Shown here in pieces: positions 38,366 to 47,839 of a stretch of 51,109 nt of DNA. Numbering within the stretch: position 1 is the stretch's first letter; each line of letters opens with the position of its first letter. The translations under genes were made by a program, and so were the position numbers. The notes under the pieces are model-generated. The model was not told where the DNA came from and searched no databases. It saw only the letters and a program-made list of their open reading frames with translations. This DNA is from an uncultured Collinsella sp. (GTDB lineage: Bacteria > Actinomycetota > Coriobacteriia > Coriobacteriales > Coriobacteriaceae): the NCBI GenBank assembly GCA_900547855.1, contig URIK01000001.1:1-51109 (forward strand). Reading direction: 5' to 3'.

Positions 38366-40363
38366 ATGGCAAAAAACACCGCAAACTATGGTAACGACAG
38401 TATCCGCCAGCTCAAGGACGAGGAACGCGTACGCCTGCGCCCCGCCGTCATCTTTGGCTCGGACGGACTCGATGGCTGCGCGCATGCCGCCTTCGAGATC
38501 CTGTCTAACGCCGTTGACGAGGCACGCCAGGGCTACGGCAAACTTATCACCCTTACCGCCTTTCGCGATGGCTCCATTCAGGTAGAGGACAACGGCCGCG
38601 GCTGCCCGCTCGACTGGAACCCTTCCGAGAAGCGCTTTAACTGGGAGCTCGTCTTTTGCGAGCTCTACGCCGGCGGCAAGTACAACAACAACCAGGGCGG
38701 CGACTACGACTTCTCGCTCGGCACCAACGGCCTGGGCTCCTGCGCGACCCAGTACGCCTCCGAATACATGGACGTCACGGTTTGGCGTGACGGCAACAAG
38801 TACTCCCTGCACTTTAAGAAGGGCAAGGTCGTCGGCGCCAAAAAGAAGGCACTCGAGATTGAGCCCAGCGACGAGGACCGTACCGGCACCACCATCAAAT
38901 GGCGCCCCGATCTTGAGGTCTTTACCTCCATCAGCATTCCCCACGATTGGTATCGCGAGACCATGCGCCGCCAGGCCGTGGTCAACGCCAACGTAACCTT
39001 CCGCCTGCGCATCGAGGGCGATGATGGCGAATTTACCGAAGAGGACTTTTGCTATCCCAAGGGCATCGAGGACTACGTGCTCGAGAAGGTCGGTGCCGAC
39101 TACCTCACCGAGCCCTTCTTTATCGAGGCCGACCGTCGCGGTCGCGACCGCGAAGACCTGCCCGACTACAACGTAAAAATCACCGCATGCATGTGCTTCT
39201 CTCGCACCTTCATGATGCAGGAGTACTACCACAACTCATCGTGGCTCGAGAACGGCGGCTCACCCGAGAAGGCGGCCCGTAGCGCTCTGACCAGCGCCAT
39301 CGATGCCTACATTAAGCAACAGGGCAAATACAACAAAAACGAAAGCGGCATTAAGTGGCAGGACGTCCAGGACTGTCTGGTGCTGGTAACCAACTGCTTC
39401 TCCACCCAGACGTCCTACGAGAACCAGACCAAGAAGGCCATCAATAACCGCTTTATCCAGCAGGCCATGACAGCATTCTTTAAGGAGCGCCTCTCGACCT
39501 ACCTGATCGAAAACAAAGACGCCGCCAACAAGATCATGGAGCAGGTGCTCATCAACAAGCGCTCGCGCGAGAACGCCGAGAAGACGCGCCAGAGCATCAA
39601 GACCAACCTGCAGCAGAAGACCGACATGGCCAACCGCGTGCAGAAGTTCATCGACTGCCGCTCCAAGGACAAGAGCCGCCGCGAGATCTACATCGTAGAG
39701 GGCGACTCGGCAGCAGGCGCCATTCGCACCTCGCGCGATGCCGAGTTCCAGGGTGTTATGCCCGTCCGCGGCAAGATCCTCAACTGCCTAAAGGAGGACT
39801 ATCCGCGTATCTTTAAGTCCGACATCATCATGGACCTCATGCGCGTGCTGGGCTGCGGCGTGGAGATCAAGGACAAGCGCATCAAGAACCTCGGTGCCTT
39901 CGACCTGGACAACCTCAACTGGAACAAGGTCATCATCTGTACGGACGCCGACGTCGACGGTTATCACATCCGCACGCTCGTGCTCACCATGCTCTACCGC
40001 CTGGTGCCTACACTTATCGACGAGGGCTACGTCTATATCGCCGAGTCGCCGCTCTACGAGATCAACTGCAAAGAAAAGACCTACTTTGCCTACACCGAGC
40101 TCGAGAAGAACGGCATCCTCAAGGAGATCGGCGACCAGAAGTGCTCCATCAACCGCTCCAAGGGTCTTGGTGAGAACGATCCGGACATGATGTGGCTCAC
40201 CACTATGAACCCCGAGACGCGTCGTCTGATCAAGGTGGAGCCCGAGGACGTCACCAAGATGGAGACCATGTTCAACCTGTTGTTGGGCAATGACGAGGCA
40301 GGCCGCAAGCGCCATATCTCCGAGCACGGCAAGGAATACCTCGACCAGCTGGACCTGCAATAG
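38366..40363 (+). CDS. Type IIA DNA topoisomerase subunit B (GyrB/ParE family, divergent)
   Basis: GHKL NAVDE, DNGRG, AGGKY; TOPRIM EGDSA, PVRGKILN, DADVDG; KGLGE. Confidence 0.93.
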   Translation: MAKNTANYGNDSIRQLKDEERVRLRPAVIFGSDGLDGCAHAAFEILSNAVDEARQGYGKLITLTAFRDGSIQVEDNGRGCPLDWNPSEKRFNWELVFCELYAGGKYNNNQGGDYDFSLGTNGLGSCATQYASEYMDVTVWRDGNKYSLHFKKGKVVGAKKKALEIEPSDEDRTGTTIKWRPDLEVFTSISIPHDWYRETMRRQAVVNANVTFRLRIEGDDGEFTEEDFCYPKGIEDYVLEKVGADYLTEPFFIEADRRGRDREDLPDYNVKITACMCFSRTFMMQEYYHNSSWLENGGSPEKAARSALTSAIDAYIKQQGKYNKNESGIKWQDVQDCLVLVTNCFSTQTSYENQTKKAINNRFIQQAMTAFFKERLSTYLIENKDAANKIMEQVLINKRSRENAEKTRQSIKTNLQQKTDMANRVQKFIDCRSKDKSRREIYIVEGDSAAGAIRTSRDAEFQGVMPVRGKILNCLKEDYPRIFKSDIIMDLMRVLGCGVEIKDKRIKNLGAFDLDNLNWNKVIICTDADVDGYHIRTLVLTMLYRLVPTLIDEGYVYIAESPLYEINCKEKTYFAYTELEKNGILKEIGDQKCSINRSKGLGENDPDMMWLTTMNPETRRLIKVEPEDVTKMETMFNLLLGNDEAGRKRHISEHGKEYLDQLDLQ

Positions 40364-40408
40364 CAGCAAATCGATAACGACGGCCCATAAGAAGTTCAAG
40401 AGGAAATC

Positions 40409-42649
40409 GTGGCAAAGAAGAAGACGAAGAACCAGCCAAAGAAAAAGCAGGTCAACGCCGAGAACGTCATCGGCCTGCACTCCGAGGTCACCGACCAGCC
40501 GATCACGCAGACGCTCGAGGTCAACTACATGCCCTACGCCATGAGCGTCAACGTCTCGCGTGCGTTCCCCGAGATTGACGGCTTTAAGCCCTCGCACCGC
40601 AAGCTGCTCTACACCATGTACAAGATGGGTCTGCTCAAGGGCGAGCGCCAAAAGAGCGCCAACATCGTGGGCCAGACCATGAAGCTCAACCCGCACGGCG
40701 ATGCCGCAATCTACGAAACGATGGTGCGCTTGGCTACGGGCAACGAAGCGCTGCTTGCCCCCTTCGTTGAGTCGAAGGGCAACTTTGGCAAGTACTATTC
40801 GGGCGACCTGAGCTACGCCGCCTCACGTTATACCGAGGCCAAGCTCTCCCCCATCAGTGCCGAGATCTTCAAGGACATCGACAAGGACCCGGTCGACTTC
40901 ATCGACAGCTACGACGGCGCCATGAAGGAACCGCGTCTGCTGCCCACCACGTTCCCCAACATCCTCGTCTCGGCCAATAAGGGCATCGGCGTCGCCATGG
41001 CTTCCGACATCTGCGGCTTCAACCTCAACGAGGTCTGCACCGCAACGATGCACTACCTCAAGGATCCCGACTGCGACCTGCTCGAGTACATGCCCATGCC
41101 CGACTTCTCGACCGGCGGCGAGATTATCTACCGCCGCGAGGAGATGGAGAAGATCGTCGAGACCGGCCTTGGCAGCTTCCAAATCCGCTCCCGCTGGCGC
41201 TGGATTCCCGAAGAGCGCATCATCGAGGTCTACGAGATCCCCTACACCACCAAGACCGATGTCATCATCGAGCGCATCGTCAAGCTCTCCAAGGAGGGCA
41301 AGGTCAAGGAAATCGCTGACATCCGCGATGAGACCGACCTCTCGGGCCTGCGCATCGCCATCGACCTTAAGCGCGGTGTCGACCCCGACAAGCTCATGGC
41401 CAAGCTCTATCGCTCGACCACGCTGCAGGATTCGTTCTCGTGCAACTTCAACGTGCTGGTCGACGGCTACCCCCGCGTTATGGGCGTGCGCCAGATCTTG
41501 CACGAGTGGGTCAAGTGGCGTATTGAGTCCACGCGTCGACGCATCAACTTTGACCTGGGCAAAAAGTCCGAGCGCCTGCACCTGCTGCACGGCCTCGAGG
41601 CGATCTTGCTCGACATCGACAAGGCCATCGCCATCATCCGCGGCACCAAGCTCGAAGCCGAGGTCGTGCCCAACCTTATGAAGGGTTTCGACATCGACGA
41701 GACCCAGGCCGAGTTTGTTGCCGAGCTCAAGCTCCGCAACATCAACGAGGAGTACATCCTCAACCGCACCAAGGACATCGTTAAACTTGAGGGCGAGATT
41801 GCCGAGCTTGAGGAGATTCTCTCGAGCGAAGACAACATCAAGAAGGTCATCAGCGACGAGCTGGCCACGGTCAACAAGAAGTACGTGATGCCGCGCCGCA
41901 CGGGCAGGATCGAGCCCCATGAGGTTATCGAGGTAAGCTTGGAGCCCGAGGTCGAGGAGTACCCGGTCACCATCATGCTCTCGCGCGATGGCTACCTTAA
42001 GAAGATGACGGACCGCGTACTCAAAAAGGCGACCACGCTCAAGTACAAGGACGGCGACAAACCCTTTATCGAGTTCCCGTCCTCCAACACGCACGAGCTG
42101 CTGGTCTTTACCAACAAGAGCCAGGTGTACAAGTGCAAGGTTGCGGCATTTGAGGACACCAAGTCGGCCCAGCTGGGCTCGTACCTGCCGACCGATCTTG
42201 AGATGGAACCCGACGAGAGTGTCATCTGGGTCATCGACCCCGAGGACTACAAGGCCGACGTGTTGTTCGTCTTTGAGAACGGCCGCGTGGTGCGCGTCGC
42301 GCTTTCTGGATACGTCACCAAGACCAACCGCAAGCGCCTCAAGAACGCCATCTACGGCGGCAGCAAACTGCTGTATGCCCAGGTGCTCAAGGAAGATCGC
42401 GACCTCGCACTGGTCTCGAGCGACTATCGTTTGATGAACTTCAACACGTCGCTGCTCAAGACCAAGACGACCACCAACACGCAGGGCGTCCAGGCCTTTA
42501 CAGCCAAGAAGGGTCGCTCGGTCACCACCGTCGGCACGACCGAGGAGATCCTTGGCGCCGGCGTCTCGGCCGAAAAGTTCACCGCACAGAGCCTACCCTC
42601 CGCCGGTGCCCTCATGAAAGAAAACGACATGCCGAGTCTGTTTGACTAA
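40409..42649 (+). CDS. Type IIA DNA topoisomerase subunit A (GyrA/ParC family, probably topo IV-like)
   Basis: DGFKPSHR, PHGD, catalytic SRYTEA; short CTD with no recognisable GyrA-box. Confidence 0.93.
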   Translation: MAKKKTKNQPKKKQVNAENVIGLHSEVTDQPITQTLEVNYMPYAMSVNVSRAFPEIDGFKPSHRKLLYTMYKMGLLKGERQKSANIVGQTMKLNPHGDAAIYETMVRLATGNEALLAPFVESKGNFGKYYSGDLSYAASRYTEAKLSPISAEIFKDIDKDPVDFIDSYDGAMKEPRLLPTTFPNILVSANKGIGVAMASDICGFNLNEVCTATMHYLKDPDCDLLEYMPMPDFSTGGEIIYRREEMEKIVETGLGSFQIRSRWRWIPEERIIEVYEIPYTTKTDVIIERIVKLSKEGKVKEIADIRDETDLSGLRIAIDLKRGVDPDKLMAKLYRSTTLQDSFSCNFNVLVDGYPRVMGVRQILHEWVKWRIESTRRRINFDLGKKSERLHLLHGLEAILLDIDKAIAIIRGTKLEAEVVPNLMKGFDIDETQAEFVAELKLRNINEEYILNRTKDIVKLEGEIAELEEILSSEDNIKKVISDELATVNKKYVMPRRTGRIEPHEVIEVSLEPEVEEYPVTIMLSRDGYLKKMTDRVLKKATTLKYKDGDKPFIEFPSSNTHELLVFTNKSQVYKCKVAAFEDTKSAQLGSYLPTDLEMEPDESVIWVIDPEDYKADVLFVFENGRVVRVALSGYVTKTNRKRLKNAIYGGSKLLYAQVLKEDRDLALVSSDYRLMNFNTSLLKTKTTTNTQGVQAFTAKKGRSVTTVGTTEEILGAGVSAEKFTAQSLPSAGALMKENDMPSLFD

Positions 42650-42687
42650 AACAACGGTGGCCAAACCGTCATGGGTTTACAAAGCAG

Positions 42688-42726
42688 CGGGGCCCGGAGC
42701 GCAGCAACATCGCGCTCCGGGCCCCG
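42688..42726 (+). terminator. Terminator hairpin after the topoisomerase operon
   Basis: CGGGGCCCGGAGCG...CGCTCCGGGCCCCG followed by TTCGTT. Confidence 0.7.
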
Positions 42727-42805
42727 TTCGTTGCAACGTAGTCGGAATAATAGGAATCCCCGTTTTTCACTCCTGCAATCCCACGGCACAAGACATGTTA
42801 AGCCG

Positions 42806-42860
42806 TTAGCAAAACTTGCAAAAATTAGCAAAAGTTGCAAAAGTTAGCAAAACCTGCAAA
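42806..42860 (+). repeat. Tandem ~19-bp repeat (about 3 copies)
   Basis: TTAGCAAAACTTGCAAAAA / TTAGCAAAAGTTGCAAAAG / TTAGCAAAACCTGCAAA. Confidence 0.8.
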
Positions 42861-42861
42861 G

Positions 42862-43337
42862 GGGCCACCATGGATCGCAGCAAATGTCTCCGCCATGCCA
42901 GGCATGCTCGAAGATATCATCGAGCGAACCAAAGAAGCCGCAGATAGCTACCTCTTACAGCCTCATGCGCGCATAAACGGCGTTCAAATTGGTCCAGTAG
43001 GCATCGATTGGACATATGCTCAAGAGGCCCAGGGCAACTGGCGCACACGCATGAATGGCATCTTTAAACAACTCGAAAAACATGACATCGGGCTTCTCTC
43101 GAAACGACCTATCGGGAGCTTTCCGATAAAGACATTGAGTTTTTGCTCGCGATGCTGCCCGATTCTGGCCCCAGCAGGGTCTCGGAGATAGCCAAACGCA
43201 TGGGCGTCGCCAGCAACTACGCAAGCCAATACAAACGCCGCCTCCTGGAGGACGGCGTCATCGGAGAGCGCGGGCGTGGTCTCGTTGGCTTTGACATTCC
43301 CGCGTTCAGGGAATTCTTGAACGAGAAGGCGTTTTAG
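42862..43337 (+). pseudogene. Internally deleted remnant of an ATPase with C-terminal wHTH
   Basis: Fragment WIAANVSA...HDIGLL joined out of frame to TYRELSDKDIEFLLAM...SEIAKRMG...YKRRLLEDGVI; no start codon or Walker motifs. Confidence 0.55.
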
Positions 43338-43445
43338 CACGCCGGAATTGTCCGCGGAAGCATCAACGCATGGCAATCAGCATTCCTCTTGATAAGGATT
43401 GCAAGCATTTCCACCAACACCGATTGCCATGCGTTCCTCTTGTCC

Positions 43446-43976
43446 TTAGGCGAGCTTGCGAGCGAGCTCTCGCACCTCTTCCAACTTGGGCGACGATGCC
43501 ATGCTGTCGCGCTCGGTCATACCGCTGATGGTGACGACGCCCTGGTCCTCCCACTTGCAGTACGCGCAGGTTAACTTGTACATAGCGATCGCCGCATCAT
43601 AGACGCCCTCGCTGTGACTATCGAGTAAAAGGGCCGTCTTGGTGAACGGGAAGCCCGTGGCACCGAAGGCGTACAGGCGGTCGATGGCGGCCTTCTCCTG
43701 CGCGGTGATATCGAACCAGTAGATAGGCGAGGCGAAGACGACCATGTCGGCGTCTTTCAGCGACTCGATCACGTTGGCCATGTCATCCTTCTGCACGCAG
43801 ACGCCCTCATGGGCGAAGCAGTACTGGCATCCCAAGCAGCCGGCGATCTTCTTGCTGGCAACGCGGACGACCTCGACCGTATTGCCGCCCTCACGCGCGG
43901 TCTCGGCAAACGCCTCGACCATGGTATCGGTATTGGCGCCCTTACGCGGGCTGCCGCTCAACACAACGATATTCAT
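43446..43976 (-). CDS. Iron-sulfur flavoprotein / multimeric flavodoxin family protein
   Basis: GSPRKGANT, CLGCQYC...CVQKDDM, ASPIYW, KAAIDR. Confidence 0.9.
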   Translation of the reverse strand: MNIVVLSGSPRKGANTDTMVEAFAETAREGGNTVEVVRVASKKIAGCLGCQYCFAHEGVCVQKDDMANVIESLKDADMVVFASPIYWFDITAQEKAAIDRLYAFGATGFPFTKTALLLDSHSEGVYDAAIAMYKLTCAYCKWEDQGVVTISGMTERDSMASSPKLEEVRELARKLA

Positions 43977-44124
43977 AGAAATCTCCCTCCTTCATGCCGC
44001 AGGCGCGCGGCATATTAGTTTGTTTTAACCTAAACGTATGGAGTTATTCAATCGCCTCGTTTCAGCTACTCCCACTCTTTAGAAGAATCGTTGCTGGAGA
44101 CTTGGCATCAAATCAAGGCACGCC

Positions 44125-45096
44125 TTATTTCAGATATTCCTCAAAGAATGCCTTCAGCTTTCCAAACGGAATGACGTCCATCTGATCGTAGAGGTCGGTA
44201 TGGCTGGCGCCGGGGATAATGAGCAATTCCTTGTTGTCCCCCGTCAGCTTGCCGTACGCGGTTTCGCTGAAATAGCGGGAGTGCGCCTTCTCGCCATGCA
44301 CCAGCAGTACCGCAGAGCGAATTTCGCTGCTGTATTGCAGAATCGGCATATTCAAAAACGACAGCGAGGACGTCACATTCCAGCCACCGTTGGAGTTCAG
44401 GCTGCGGGGATGGTAGCCTCGCGGAGTTTTGTAGTAGGCGTAATAGTCCGCTACAAACTGCGGCGCATCCTCCGGTAGCGGATCGACCACGCCGCCCGCC
44501 AGCGCATAGCTGCCGTTTTTATAGTCCTCGGTGCGCTGCGTGTTCAGCGCTTTCCGCTTTTCAAAGCGTGCCTGCTCGGAATCCTCGGCGTCAAAATAGC
44601 CGTTGGCGGTCACACGGGTCATGTCGTACATGGTCATAGCCGCGGTAGCTTTGATACGGGTGTCGATGGCCGCCGCATTGACCGCCATGCCGCCCCAACC
44701 GCAGATACCGATGATGCCGATACGCTCCGGGTCAACGCTTTCCTGCACAGAGAGGAAATCCACCGCTGCGCAGAAGTCCTCGGTGTTGATGTCCGGCGAT
44801 GCTACATAGCGAGGCGTGCCGCCGCTCTCGCCGGTATAGGACGGGTCAAAGGCAATCGCGAAAAAGCCCAGCTCCGCCATCTTCTGCGCGTACAGACCGG
44901 AAGACTGCTCCTTCACAGCGCCAAACGGGCCACTGACGGCGATGGCGGGCAGCTTGCCTTCCGCGTTCTTAGGCACGTACACGTCGGCAGCCAGCGTGAT
45001 GCCGTATCGGTTGTGGAAAGTCGCTTTGCTGTGCTCAACCTTGTCGCTTTTGGGGAACACCTTGTCCCATTCCTGCGTCAGTTTCAACTGCTCCAT
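44125..45096 (-). CDS. Alpha/beta hydrolase
   Basis: GPFGAVKEQ, FDPSYTGESGG, GICGWGG nucleophile elbow, GASHTDLYD. Confidence 0.9.
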   Translation of the reverse strand: MEQLKLTQEWDKVFPKSDKVEHSKATFHNRYGITLAADVYVPKNAEGKLPAIAVSGPFGAVKEQSSGLYAQKMAELGFFAIAFDPSYTGESGGTPRYVASPDINTEDFCAAVDFLSVQESVDPERIGIIGICGWGGMAVNAAAIDTRIKATAAMTMYDMTRVTANGYFDAEDSEQARFEKRKALNTQRTEDYKNGSYALAGGVVDPLPEDAPQFVADYYAYYKTPRGYHPRSLNSNGGWNVTSSLSFLNMPILQYSSEIRSAVLLVHGEKAHSRYFSETAYGKLTGDNKELLIIPGASHTDLYDQMDVIPFGKLKAFFEEYLK

Positions 45097-45098
45097 GT

Positions 45099-45863
45099 CT
45101 AAGCCTCCTTGTCAGCCGCTTTAAGGTATTGCTCGTCATCCACGGGCTCCAACCACTCGTTGGAGGCCTCCTCGCCCGGAACCTCCACCGCGAGATGGGA
45201 GAACCAGCTGTCGGGCGCCGCACCGTGCCAGTGCTTTACGCCCGCGGGAATATTTACTACATCGCCAGGGCACAGCTCCTGTGCCGGTTTGCCCCATTCC
45301 TGGTAAAACCCTCGACCAGCCACGCAGACGAGGATCTGTCCACCACCGCTTTTGGCGTGATGTGTGTGCCAGTTGTTGCGGCAGCTGGGCTCAAACGTAA
45401 CGTTGTAAATACCGATCTGCTCGGTGGAAAGGGGCGCGAGGTAACTTTGCCCGATAAAGTACTTCGCGAATGCGTCGTTGGGGGCACCGATGGGAAAGGC
45501 CATCTCGTTTTGGTGCTCGGCCTTTGCGTCGACGACATCGTCATCCGTCCAGACCTCCTTCGCCATGCGGAAGGCCGCCCATGCCTTGGGCCAGCCCGCG
45601 TAAAACGCCGCGTGCGTAAGGATTTCCGCTATCTCCGTCCTGGTCACGCCGTTGTTCTTTGCGGACATCAGATGATATTGGAACGAAGAGTCCGTCAGCC
45701 CCTGTGCCATCAAGGCGACCACCGTCACCACGCTACGGTCTCGAAGGGAAAGCCCGTCTTCTCGGCTCCACACCTCGCCGAACAGCACATCGTCGTTGAG
45801 CTGTGCGAATTTGGGGGCAAAGTCCCCCAGGGCATCCCTGCCCGCCGTCTGCTTAATCGTCAT
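45099..45863 (-). CDS. Carboxymuconolactone decarboxylase-family / cupin fusion protein
   Basis: LFGEVWSR, HAAFYAGWP; cupin NNWHTH...GQIL...HWHGA. Confidence 0.9.
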   Translation of the reverse strand: MTIKQTAGRDALGDFAPKFAQLNDDVLFGEVWSREDGLSLRDRSVVTVVALMAQGLTDSSFQYHLMSAKNNGVTRTEIAEILTHAAFYAGWPKAWAAFRMAKEVWTDDDVVDAKAEHQNEMAFPIGAPNDAFAKYFIGQSYLAPLSTEQIGIYNVTFEPSCRNNWHTHHAKSGGGQILVCVAGRGFYQEWGKPAQELCPGDVVNIPAGVKHWHGAAPDSWFSHLAVEVPGEEASNEWLEPVDDEQYLKAADKEA

Positions 45864-45923
45864 GTTTGATTCCTCCTGTCGATGGTTTTGAGTACAAACT
45901 GCTTTCGCGCAGCTAAGCCGCGC

Positions 45924-46023
45924 CTAGATTTCCATGCCCATTCGTTGCGCCTGCTCCAGAGCGGGATGCCCGGCGATTTCGCCCACGCCGTTCACGCCGC
46001 CGGCGAATACCGTTCCGGCAAGC
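45924..46023 (-). pseudogene. C-terminal remnant of a flavodoxin-family gene
   Basis: Own translation: LAGTVFAGGVNGVGEIAGHPALEQAQRMGMEI*; the 5' part is missing. Confidence 0.55.
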
Positions 46024-46075
46024 GTGCGCCTTTGGCGAAAATCCCTTGCGCTCCCGATTTGTATTGACGAGAATG

Positions 46076-46106
46076 AAGGTAATACCTAAACCTGACTTTA
46101 GGTCAA
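46076..46106 (-). promoter_or_regulatory. MerR-type promoter/operator for the leftward operon
   Basis: -35 TTGACC, 19-bp spacer, -10-like TACCTT, overlapped by dyad ACCTAAA-N7-TTTAGGT. Confidence 0.75.
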
Positions 46107-46137
46107 GGGATGAAATCGAGTTTTATTCGGAGGACCC

Positions 46138-46578
46138 ATGTACACAATCGGACAGGTGGCGGAGATGTTCGGTCTGCCCGTTTCCACGCTGCGTTATTAC
46201 GATAAGCAGGGATTGTTTCCGGAATTGGAGCGGACGTCCGGCATTCGCCGATTCGGCGATACGGAACTCGAGGCGCTTCGGGTCATCGAATGCTTAAAGA
46301 AGGCTGGGATGGAGATCAAGGACATCCGGCTGTTCATGGAATGGTGCGCGGAGGGCCCATCGACATATCCCAAGCGCAAGGCCATGTTCGAGGAGCGAAA
46401 GGCCCACATGGAGTCGGAGATCGCGAAGATGAACCGCGCGCTGGACATGTTGAAGTTCAAATGCTGGTACTACGAGCAGGCGATTCAGGATGGCAACGAG
46501 GATAGACTGAAGGCGCTGATTCCCGACAATTTGCCGGAAGAGATCAGAGATACCTACGATAACGCCCACGCTCAATAA
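46138..46578 (+). CDS. MerR family transcriptional regulator (AdhR-like)
   Basis: YTIGQVA...STLRYYDKQGL, IECLKKAGM. Confidence 0.93.
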   Translation: MYTIGQVAEMFGLPVSTLRYYDKQGLFPELERTSGIRRFGDTELEALRVIECLKKAGMEIKDIRLFMEWCAEGPSTYPKRKAMFEERKAHMESEIAKMNRALDMLKFKCWYYEQAIQDGNEDRLKALIPDNLPEEIRDTYDNAHAQ

Positions 46579-46640
46579 TGCCGCCCGATGCTCAAGGGGG
46601 TTTTGGCAAGGAGTCGTTTTAGGCAGACATGCAAAAAGAA

Positions 46641-46668
46641 AGCCTCCGAACCAGAAGGTTCGGAGGCT
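46641..46668. terminator. Hairpin between convergent merR and lysR
   Basis: AGCCTCCGAACC-AGAA-GGTTCGGAGGCT with A-tract on the left. Confidence 0.75.
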
Positions 46669-46810
46669 ATTATTCCCGTTATTTCGCTGATGGCTTTGCT
46701 CTATGGCGACGCCAAAACAGCATCAGGCGGTACTCGACGGTATCAAAACGCGAGTTCAGAAGCCAGTTCCCGTTATTCCCATAGGCATAAGCGCATCTGC
46801 TTGCGATTGC

Positions 46811-47710
46811 CTATCGATGCTTTGCCTCGAGCGCGGCAGATACCGCATCGAGGAACTCCCGCACATGGTCGGCGGGGTGCGGCGAATGAAGCAGCCCGTA
46901 AGACACGAGACAGTCCCAATCGGTAGGGACGGTTTTGAGCATGGGGTGGACGTTGGCCCACAACGGCAGCGTCGCAAGCGCGAGGTCCTCGTTCGCGCCG
47001 CGATTGAACACCTCCGCCCGATATTGCGGGAAGTCTACGAGCGCGATTTGAGGATGATGCAAGAGTATCTCGTCGCGCACGCGGTCGATTTCGGCGTTCC
47101 AGCCCCGGCGTATAAGCATAAGACTGTGATTGTGGAGGTCGTCGAATGTGACGATGTCGCGTTTGGCGAGTTCGCTGTCGACGGGAACGGCGCACCCGAG
47201 CGGCTCGCGCGAAAGCTCGAGGCCCAGGCACCCGCGCTCTTTAAGAAAGGCATCGTCGAAAATCCCCACCACGATATCCATGTCTTGCCCGAGGTTCGCC
47301 AAACCGCGCGCCGCCGAGGGTGTGTTTTCAAACGTGACCACTTGAAGGCTCATGCCAGGGCAACGTTCCTTCACCTTCGGCCACAGCTTCGTGAGCGGCG
47401 TGCTGGGCGTCATGAGCGACACTCCCACGCGGATGATGCGCTTCTCTCCACGCTCGGCGACGCGGGCGCGTGCGATTGATTCTTGAGAGTACTGCACGAT
47501 ATGGCGGGCGTCGGCGAGCAGCGACCTGCCTGCTCGCGTAAGCGAAAGCCCCTGATGCGATCGGTGGAACAGCGTAAGGCCTAGCCGCGACTCCAGCAGG
47601 TTCATCTGCTTGATGACGGCCGTGGGCGTGATGAAGGACTCTTGTGCCGCCTTGGAGAAGCTGCCCGCCTCCGCCACGCGGATGAAAGTGTCAAGCTGTG
47701 GGTTGTACAT
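46811..47710 (-). CDS. LysR family transcriptional regulator
   Basis: FIRVAEAGSFSKAA...TPTAVIKQMNLLESRLGLTLFHR; AGGAGG RBS. Confidence 0.93.
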   Translation of the reverse strand: MYNPQLDTFIRVAEAGSFSKAAQESFITPTAVIKQMNLLESRLGLTLFHRSHQGLSLTRAGRSLLADARHIVQYSQESIARARVAERGEKRIIRVGVSLMTPSTPLTKLWPKVKERCPGMSLQVVTFENTPSAARGLANLGQDMDIVVGIFDDAFLKERGCLGLELSREPLGCAVPVDSELAKRDIVTFDDLHNHSLMLIRRGWNAEIDRVRDEILLHHPQIALVDFPQYRAEVFNRGANEDLALATLPLWANVHPMLKTVPTDWDCLVSYGLLHSPHPADHVREFLDAVSAALEAKHR

Positions 47711-47740
47711 CGATCCTCCTGTCACGCATTATGTGCCGTA

Positions 47741-47757
47741 TATACCCCATGGTTATA
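47741..47757. promoter_or_regulatory. Candidate LysR box
   Basis: TATACCCCATGGTTATA dyad (T-N11-A) in the divergent region; similar site at 48877-48893. Confidence 0.5.
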
Positions 47758-47839
47758 TCCATCATTCCAACGTGAACTTCTCGCACGTCAGTAAACGCCG
47801 TAGCCTTGTATTCGAAAAGTCACCATTAAGGAGGAGACC

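Noticed and set aside
46679..46800. Possible gene-tail fragment on the minus strand (..NGNWLLNSRFDTVEYRLMLFW..)
   Set aside because: I could not assign it to any family; too little support to call.
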